DNA from: a virus
Lineage: Duplodnaviria > Caudoviricetes
IMG/VR virus record: IMGVR_UViG_3300028833_000058
DNA: 64,000 nucleotides
Reading direction: 5' to 3' (one strand)
Of the stretch, positions 57,545-64,000 are shown piece by piece; position 1 is the first letter of the stretch, and each line of letters starts with the position of its first letter. The notes beneath the pieces are model-generated. The model searched no databases and had not been told where the DNA came from. It worked only from the letters and a program-made list of their open reading frames with translations. A program made the position numbers and the translations under genes.

Positions 57545-59344
57545 TTATGAGCCACCGTTTATTGCTGCATAAATTTGTTGTATTAAAGCATCTACTTCTG
57601 CTTTTGTGTAATACTCTTGTTTAAGTTCTCTCCAAACAGCTCCATTTGTAGAAATTGTATAATCTTGCGATGCTGGAATGGTTGAACTACTAGTAGATGG
57701 GAAAGCTTCGTTATGACGAATACGCCAAGGAGAGTTTGATGCATATTCTTTATCTTCATTTGACATACCTTGTAAGTTGCTAAGGTCATTCTTTAAAGCA
57801 CCAGCACCACCGTTTTCGTTATATATTTCGCTTGTTACATTTAATTGTGCAGATAAATCACCAGATGATATGTTTATTGTATCTGTTACAGGTGTTAAAC
57901 CATTTTTAGGTTCAAATCTAACATTTCGTATAGTACCGTCACTTGATACATCTGATATTATAGCTATAAGATTTCTATATGCGATGCTTAATGGTTTATC
58001 ACTTGAATTTTTTGCCACATAATCATTGTTTGCTACAAATCCAGTTCCACTACTTGTAATAGTATCCAATTGATAACTATAAACGTTGTTACTTACATAT
58101 GTTGAAGTCAATGTAAAAGTAGCATTAACATTAGTTTCAGAAGTTATGGTTAAAATATCACTAGATGTAAAGTTTTTATATCCACAATTCTGTTTTAAGC
58201 TCATAGATAAAATTGACCCATTTGCATCAACAGAGTCTATTTGAATAGTTAAGTATCCTGTTGGGTCATCAGTTAAAAGTATATCTGTAAGAAAACTATC
58301 ACCATCTGAGAAGCCTTGTGAACTACTTACTACGTTAGCAGAATATGAAACTATCGGGGTTTCTGGATTATAGAACATTGCATCCCAGTCTGATACATTT
58401 GTTAATGTATTATTTGCAAATACATTGCTGTTATTTAAAGTTTGTTCTACGTATGATACAACAGCTTGTGTTTCTGGATATCTTCCAGGTTGAAGTTGGT
58501 TTATATCTATTGATGAATCTTTGTTTGTTGTTTTTTCTATGTTTAATGCTGGTTTATTTACAATTTGTTGAAATGTATTATCAGAAACATTAGATAAATC
58601 AGATGCAGCTAACACTGGCCCACTCATTTCGCTTGGTCTATTTGACTGGTCTAATGTCAAATTTGTAGTATTAACATTTGCCAAGTCATTGTATGATAAA
58701 GGTTTATTTCCGCTAGTTCCATCATGGATTGTACTGCTAACTAAACTAGATGTGTTAATGTTAGATGTATCTGCATAACTTAATGGTTTATTACCACTTG
58801 TACCATTATGTTTTGTAGAATCTACTAAGTCAGCAGTGTTAATATTTGATGTGTCAGCATAAGCTAAAGGCTTATTTCCATCTACTCCATTATGAATTGC
58901 AGATGACACCAAGTCTTTTGTATTTAAATTATTCGTAGATACATTAACTTTTGTTTCTAACAACTCATCTACTTCAGATTTATCTGCAAGACCATAATCA
59001 ACTAATGTTTCTTTAATTTTTTCTCGTTCAGTTGAATCATTTGTTTCTTCGATATTTGATAAATCAGCACATGCTAAATTCTTTTCCCCTACTTCATGGC
59101 GGTCTTTTGTCAATAAGTCGGTACTGACATTAAGCATATCAGCTCTAGCCATAGGAATACCACCTCTAGTGATACCATTGTGTAACCTTAAAGTTGCGTT
59201 AGCGTCTGTACCAAGTTCTCCTGTATCTGCATCTGGGTTACCTAAGTCAACAACTACTTCACCTTGAACTCCAGTAAAAGCCAAGTTTTCGTTATGATTT
59301 CCTCTTCTTAGTGCTACAGCTTTTGTTTCTACAATAGATGCCAT
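57545..59344 (-). CDS. tail fibre/spike protein with an Mtd_N-like N-terminal domain
   Basis: Pattern LRRG..ENLAFTGVQGEVVVD...LRLHNG.TRGGIPMAR. Confidence 0.7.
   Translation of the reverse strand: MASIVETKAVALRRGNHNENLAFTGVQGEVVVDLGNPDADTGELGTDANATLRLHNGITRGGIPMARADMLNVSTDLLTKDRHEVGEKNLACADLSNIEETNDSTEREKIKETLVDYGLADKSEVDELLETKVNVSTNNLNTKDLVSSAIHNGVDGNKPLAYADTSNINTADLVDSTKHNGTSGNKPLSYADTSNINTSSLVSSTIHDGTSGNKPLSYNDLANVNTTNLTLDQSNRPSEMSGPVLAASDLSNVSDNTFQQIVNKPALNIEKTTNKDSSIDINQLQPGRYPETQAVVSYVEQTLNNSNVFANNTLTNVSDWDAMFYNPETPIVSYSANVVSSSQGFSDGDSFLTDILLTDDPTGYLTIQIDSVDANGSILSMSLKQNCGYKNFTSSDILTITSETNVNATFTLTSTYVSNNVYSYQLDTITSSGTGFVANNDYVAKNSSDKPLSIAYRNLIAIISDVSSDGTIRNVRFEPKNGLTPVTDTINISSGDLSAQLNVTSEIYNENGGAGALKNDLSNLQGMSNEDKEYASNSPWRIRHNEAFPSTSSSTIPASQDYTISTNGAVWRELKQEYYTKAEVDALIQQIYAAINGGS
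58667..58912 (-). repeat. three tandem 28 aa (84 bp) repeats
   Basis: LV.S..H.G..GNKPL.Y.D..N.NT repeated three times. Confidence 0.8.
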
Positions 59345-59365
59345 CTTACTTTTCCTTTATAATTC

Positions 59366-61663
59366 TTATTTGTTATCAAAATCTATACGAATAACACATT
59401 CTACTAAACGTTTCGTTCCAGGGTCTCTATCTATGATTTTACCTATACATCTACCGTTTTTAACAGTCGATGCTGTACCAGGTTTTATTCTTGATAAATA
59501 TATTTTATCACCAAAGTAGTTTATAGAGTTTCCATCCATTAAAACAGGAACTCTACCGACCAAAGCTACAGGTAAATAGTTCTCATTTTTCTTTTCACCT
59601 AACTGAAGACCTGGTTTACTTGAAATAACACCATCAGCTTCAAATTGAGCCTTAGAAATTTCTTTAGTACCTGCACCAAATGTAATCAAAGTACCAGGTT
59701 CGTAAAACTTATCTGCTTCATAATATTCAGCTAAGTCGGCCCATTCAGCACGATAAGCTTTTCCCCAGAAATCAACTTTACCATTATCCCAATGTGTCGA
59801 TTGCTTTTCAGTTGTTATATCAACATTTTTACCGACAACCATTTGTTTCCATTGAATGTAAGTGTTTACATAGATAGGATTATTCCAACTATAACCAGCT
59901 TGGCTAGAATCAGTAGGTAGAGTTTTCTGAATATAATTGTTTTGAAGAGTTTGTGGTGTTACAGAATATTTACTAGCAGCTTTTCTATTTATTACTACAT
60001 CTTTGACTTGAGCGTCTGTTGCATATCTAGTTGTACCATAATTAGTTTCACTTGCTTCATTACGTAAGTCTAAAGCTAACTGCATTGAATTTTGACCAGT
60101 AACCCAACCTAAGAAACAATCTGTACGTCTTAAAGTAGGTTTACCTTTATCATCACCTCTGCCACAATATACAGGTTTGTTTAACCATTGTGAATCAAAG
60201 TTCCATACATATCTATTTGTTTTTGCAGAACTAACTTTAAATCTTGCCCCATTACCATTTCTAGGCATTTGAGAATTTTTGTCATAGTATACTGAATCAC
60301 AAATATATGAATCATTACCTAAATCAATAGCACCAGAAGTTGGTCCAAGCAAAAAGATACCATCTTCTTCAACACCTGTTGTAATTTCACCGTCATTGGT
60401 AACAATTTTTACTTGTACCTTCAATATGAGGTTTTCTTTTACAACAATATCTAAAATATCACCAGATTGGTATCCGCTACCACCGTTGTATACTTTTACT
60501 TTGTATGTATAGCTATCTTGGAAGTTACTAACTTCACCAGAATATACAATGTTATCACCTACACGAAGACCAATAGGCATTTGCTCATTTAACGTTAAAT
60601 CTTCATCTGTTTCGTAAATACCTTCTGCTCTTTCGTACTTTTGTGTTTCATCACTCCAATATACAAACATGTAGTCTTGCACATCATTAGCGAACTTATC
60701 TTGACCTACATATATATAGTTAGTTGTTGGTTGAAAATACGCCCAGTCACCTGTGTAACCAGTGTAATCACCTGTTCCAGTATTTAACGGTCTAGGAACT
60801 GCTAAAGCTGGCATATTAGAACCAAAAAGGTTATCCACTAAGTAACAGTTATGCGGCATGCGTGAAGAATCTGTTGGGTTGTCTAATAACGTTTCGTTTG
60901 GAACTTCTGGTAAGTCCATTTCGTAATCTTCTATAACGTCTAAATTAGAAACAAAACCTAAGTTACTTAAAACTGTGTTCATATAAAACTTAAGTCTGTT
61001 ACCAATTCTTGTTTCACCTACAGCGTATTTTGTGACAACAGAAGGTAATGTAGCTATAGCAAACAATATGTCATGAACACCGTCTGCATCTTTTACATAT
61101 AATCCAATTGTACCAATGTCCCATTCTTCTTCACCAGTATCTGAAATTGCATCGATAGGTAAATCTAAAAGATATTGTAATCCACCAGTAGAATTATTGT
61201 ATCTCCATTTCAAAATACGTTTAAGGTCTTCTACGTTATGTTTAGCATTTAGTGTTCCTACAGTGTAAACAATGTTACCACTTGCTAAAAGATTTTCATC
61301 TGTCCATTCTATAAGAGGTATACCTGGATTGTTAACGGTTTGGTCGATTATTTTTATACCACTTATGGTGAGTTTATATCCACCTATGACTGTGTCAGTT
61401 AACGATTTTAAGCCTTCTGAAGTAATAACAAGTCTATAAGTCTCATCTGGTGCACAAATTACCCAGTTTACACCGTTATATTGCTCTAATTCCCAACCAT
61501 CTGTATCATTACCAATGGCACAATACATACCTGCTTGCAATTTATTTGGAAAATTTATAAAATATTGGTCACGACTTATAGGGTTACCTGCACCAGTACG
61601 TCTAGCGAACCAAAATTCGCTGTCTATCTCATAGACTTTCAATTGCTCTTTTGTAACTAACAT
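59366..61663 (-). CDS. tail/baseplate-attached fibre protein with a C-terminal intramolecular-chaperone (peptidase G2-like) domain
   Basis: N-terminal fibre-attachment pattern (LVITSEG..., IGTIGLY..., LFAIA); C-terminal WADLAEYY...GVISSKPG...PVALVGRVPV. Confidence 0.72.
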   Translation of the reverse strand: MLVTKEQLKVYEIDSEFWFARRTGAGNPISRDQYFINFPNKLQAGMYCAIGNDTDGWELEQYNGVNWVICAPDETYRLVITSEGLKSLTDTVIGGYKLTISGIKIIDQTVNNPGIPLIEWTDENLLASGNIVYTVGTLNAKHNVEDLKRILKWRYNNSTGGLQYLLDLPIDAISDTGEEEWDIGTIGLYVKDADGVHDILFAIATLPSVVTKYAVGETRIGNRLKFYMNTVLSNLGFVSNLDVIEDYEMDLPEVPNETLLDNPTDSSRMPHNCYLVDNLFGSNMPALAVPRPLNTGTGDYTGYTGDWAYFQPTTNYIYVGQDKFANDVQDYMFVYWSDETQKYERAEGIYETDEDLTLNEQMPIGLRVGDNIVYSGEVSNFQDSYTYKVKVYNGGSGYQSGDILDIVVKENLILKVQVKIVTNDGEITTGVEEDGIFLLGPTSGAIDLGNDSYICDSVYYDKNSQMPRNGNGARFKVSSAKTNRYVWNFDSQWLNKPVYCGRGDDKGKPTLRRTDCFLGWVTGQNSMQLALDLRNEASETNYGTTRYATDAQVKDVVINRKAASKYSVTPQTLQNNYIQKTLPTDSSQAGYSWNNPIYVNTYIQWKQMVVGKNVDITTEKQSTHWDNGKVDFWGKAYRAEWADLAEYYEADKFYEPGTLITFGAGTKEISKAQFEADGVISSKPGLQLGEKKNENYLPVALVGRVPVLMDGNSINYFGDKIYLSRIKPGTASTVKNGRCIGKIIDRDPGTKRLVECVIRIDFDNK

Positions 61664-61734
61664 TTTTATCTTAAATCCTTTGGTTTAAATCATATATATA
61701 AGAACTAAAAAAGAATGTCTTATACGTTAAAAAA

Positions 61735-64000
61735 TTAACTATTTTGTTCATCTTGGTTAGGTATAATGTCTATTGCTACACTTTTTGTAGATTGAGTATA
61801 ACTAATTCTAGCTACTTTACGTAATCTTTCACGAATGTTTGAATTACTAGAATTTTCTGGTATGTCTCTATAACTAGTTGTAGTGCTCAATTTCTGTAAT
61901 ATATACATGTTATCTAACTCTTCTTCTGCGTAAAATTTAGGTTCACATTCGTTACCTTGGTCATCTAAATTGAAGAATTTATAAATATCATGTCGTGGAT
62001 ATTCATCGTGATGATACTTTACAATGTTACCGTTTTTATACCCACGGATAGTGATGCTAACATCTTGTGATGATTGTACACCTGATACACTACCTAAAAA
62101 GGCACAATATAAGTCGAAAATTATGACATCATCGAAATCGTTCTTATATAAGTCATCTTTGAATGAATTTACATTTATTATAACGTTTTCTGTTGTATAA
62201 TAGTATGGCGACCCTTCATGCGTTCCTTGGTTGTGTCTACACCATTGTACCAAAGCGTCAGGGTTATATGCCATTTCACTTGTCCAACTGCCAATTTTAG
62301 TACTAACATATGGTATTTGTGCATAATCTCCTGTATAGTGACCAACAGCTATGTTGTAATTAGAGTTTTTACTATTAACAATCCTTGTAAATGTATCTAA
62401 GTGACTGCCATGACCAGGTATATGTGTATAACCAAATATCAAATAATCTACATCTTTTACTATGATTTGTTTAGAAACTGTTCCGTATGTATTGAATGAA
62501 AGAGTTGTTCCATTGTGGGTACTTGTCAATGTATTTGTATAATACCAACGATTTGTTGTTTGTTGAGATGTATCTTTCTTAAATTCTGCTTTAGAGCTTG
62601 TGAAGTTATATCTCATGTCTGTAAAATTGTATCTTACCCCATTGTTGTTATTTACATATGTCATGTTTGTAGGTAAAAGAACAGTAAGATTATCTATTTC
62701 AGTGCTGCCATTGTATACTTCTACAGTATCGTTGATTGTATATTTAGCTAAATCACAACTCCATATTGCATTGTCTTTAGTGTAAGAATAATGTTTGGTA
62801 TAATCTTCGTCATTTAGATTAAAACCATATTCTATTCTTGAATATACATTCTTACCATCGTTTAGACTTATGTATATTTTATTGTTTTGATTCAACATAC
62901 TTCTTAAACCTCTGGTCGGTTGTACACTATTCTCAATTTCTAATTTACTATCTACAATCACTTCATTGTAGTTTCCGTTATTCCAACCGACAGCTTGAGC
63001 TTCAGCGAATGTATACCAACCTAGACCAGTTTCAAGTGTCTCTTCTTCATTTTGAGGATTGTCGTTATTCATTGTAGCGAGTTTCCATTCGAATCTTGAA
63101 AACTCCTCGTTTACAGTAGCGTATCCTAAAGTCCAGACACCTTTTTCACAAAATACACTGTTTGGCCTTACATATTCAAATCTATTGTCTTTTACTATTT
63201 GTAATTTTCTTATCGTAGAACTATCTATCACCTTGGTTACATTTGATAAATCTTTACTTACGATATAACCCTCTTCTTTGTTATCATAATTTATAACAAC
63301 TGCGTAGAACCAATCTGTTCTGTCGTTATTTGGTGTGCATGTGACTGTAATAGTCGGCACATTATCTGTTATACCACATGATAAATTTGTTATAATAGGT
63401 GTTTCGTTTACATTTTTCTGTGTAGATACCCAATCTGTATGATTCAATTCTTCACATGGGAAGACACCAGTGACTCTTTCTACAATCTCAATGTCTTTTT
63501 CTTCTCCAGTCTCTCTATATAACTTTTCATCTCTACCGTAGTTTTGATAAAAATCTACAGAAACTTCCAATTCGTTATTATTTTTATATGAGAACGTAGG
63601 ATTTGTAAACATGTATGATTTTAACTCTAAAGGTGTGTTAGAAATAGCTTTTCTATATGGTAAAAAGTCAGGGTCATTACTGAAATATTGTTCTTCTACT
63701 TGATAAGTCTGTGTAGTCAATAAACTCATTGGTTGGACAGGCTCAGAACCATTGTTATTTGGGTTACCGAATACATACATTTGAGTTATTTGATGAATAT
63801 ATACGACAGTAGAAGCCATTTCGTAGAAAGTGTCTTTGAATATATTCATAAACGTATCATAGTCTAATTCTATTGGTATTTGTGCATAGATTTCGACATG
63901 GTTTGTTGGATACCAATTTTTATTTCTATCCCATTCATACCATGTAACCCAATGGCCAGAAATTTGTTCAGCTACAGAACCGAAATCGTAAAAATCAACT
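61735..64000 (-). CDS. putative baseplate protein (partial, starts beyond the window)
   Basis: The frame stays open upstream of the track's ATG at 63849 to the window end (...WDRNKNWYPTNHVEIY...); lies in the tail/baseplate block. Confidence 0.5.
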   Translation of the reverse strand, partial: VDFYDFGSVAEQISGHWVTWYEWDRNKNWYPTNHVEIYAQIPIELDYDTFMNIFKDTFYEMASTVVYIHQITQMYVFGNPNNNGSEPVQPMSLLTTQTYQVEEQYFSNDPDFLPYRKAISNTPLELKSYMFTNPTFSYKNNNELEVSVDFYQNYGRDEKLYRETGEEKDIEIVERVTGVFPCEELNHTDWVSTQKNVNETPIITNLSCGITDNVPTITVTCTPNNDRTDWFYAVVINYDNKEEGYIVSKDLSNVTKVIDSSTIRKLQIVKDNRFEYVRPNSVFCEKGVWTLGYATVNEEFSRFEWKLATMNNDNPQNEEETLETGLGWYTFAEAQAVGWNNGNYNEVIVDSKLEIENSVQPTRGLRSMLNQNNKIYISLNDGKNVYSRIEYGFNLNDEDYTKHYSYTKDNAIWSCDLAKYTINDTVEVYNGSTEIDNLTVLLPTNMTYVNNNNGVRYNFTDMRYNFTSSKAEFKKDTSQQTTNRWYYTNTLTSTHNGTTLSFNTYGTVSKQIIVKDVDYLIFGYTHIPGHGSHLDTFTRIVNSKNSNYNIAVGHYTGDYAQIPYVSTKIGSWTSEMAYNPDALVQWCRHNQGTHEGSPYYYTTENVIINVNSFKDDLYKNDFDDVIIFDLYCAFLGSVSGVQSSQDVSITIRGYKNGNIVKYHHDEYPRHDIYKFFNLDDQGNECEPKFYAEEELDNMYILQKLSTTTSYRDIPENSSNSNIRERLRKVARISYTQSTKSVAIDIIPNQDEQNS

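Noticed and set aside
57545-59344. Diversity-generating retroelement suggested by the Mtd_N-like domain
   Set aside because: No reverse transcriptase or adenine-variant template/variable repeat pair was seen in the window; Mtd_N is a common fibre N-terminal domain.
1872-63268. Many 60-214 aa ORFs antisense to or nested in long genes (e.g. 32087..32731, 31673..32044, 50763..51104, 53028..53390)
   Set aside because: These are shadow frames of well-supported genes, with no recognisable motifs.
1-64000. Alternative genetic code (TAG or TGA reassignment, as in some gut megaphages)
   Set aside because: Code 11 ORFs tile the window densely. TAG (e.g. 9687, 30947, 34283) and TGA (e.g. 42673) end genes immediately before the next gene or its RBS.

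Overview
AT-rich 64 kb segment of a large, T4-superfamily-like or jumbo tailed phage, read in standard code 11. No rRNA, tRNA, CRISPR or IS element was recognised. Left to right it holds: a gp47/gp46-like (SbcD/SbcC) nuclease pair; a 280 bp non-coding region with origin-like symmetry; a proteostasis block (ClpP, metallophosphoesterase, glutaredoxin, GroES, GroEL); a head module (gp20-like portal, a 1775 aa protein with an embedded nucleotidyltransferase domain, five small proteins sharing a 14 aa leader, and a gp21-like prohead protease with a ~880 aa extension); ~15 kb of tail-fibre/adhesin genes; a scaffold-like gene; a GH19 endolysin; then baseplate and fibre genes on the minus strand. The standout is a tightly coupled minus-strand operon (53710->46356). 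It encodes a 269 aa protein ending in W-(CHSN)3-HRSRR, an unknown 223 aa protein, and six radical SAM enzymes with SPASM-like Cys tails. It looks like a phage-encoded RiPP-like system for modifying a protein, and it sits behind the same AGTTCTA motif that precedes the virion genes. Also notable are a candidate capsid-targeting leader with x-x-E polyprotein cleavage sites, and a shared N-terminal docking motif on six adhesin genes. All family calls come from recognising motifs by eye; no database search was run.
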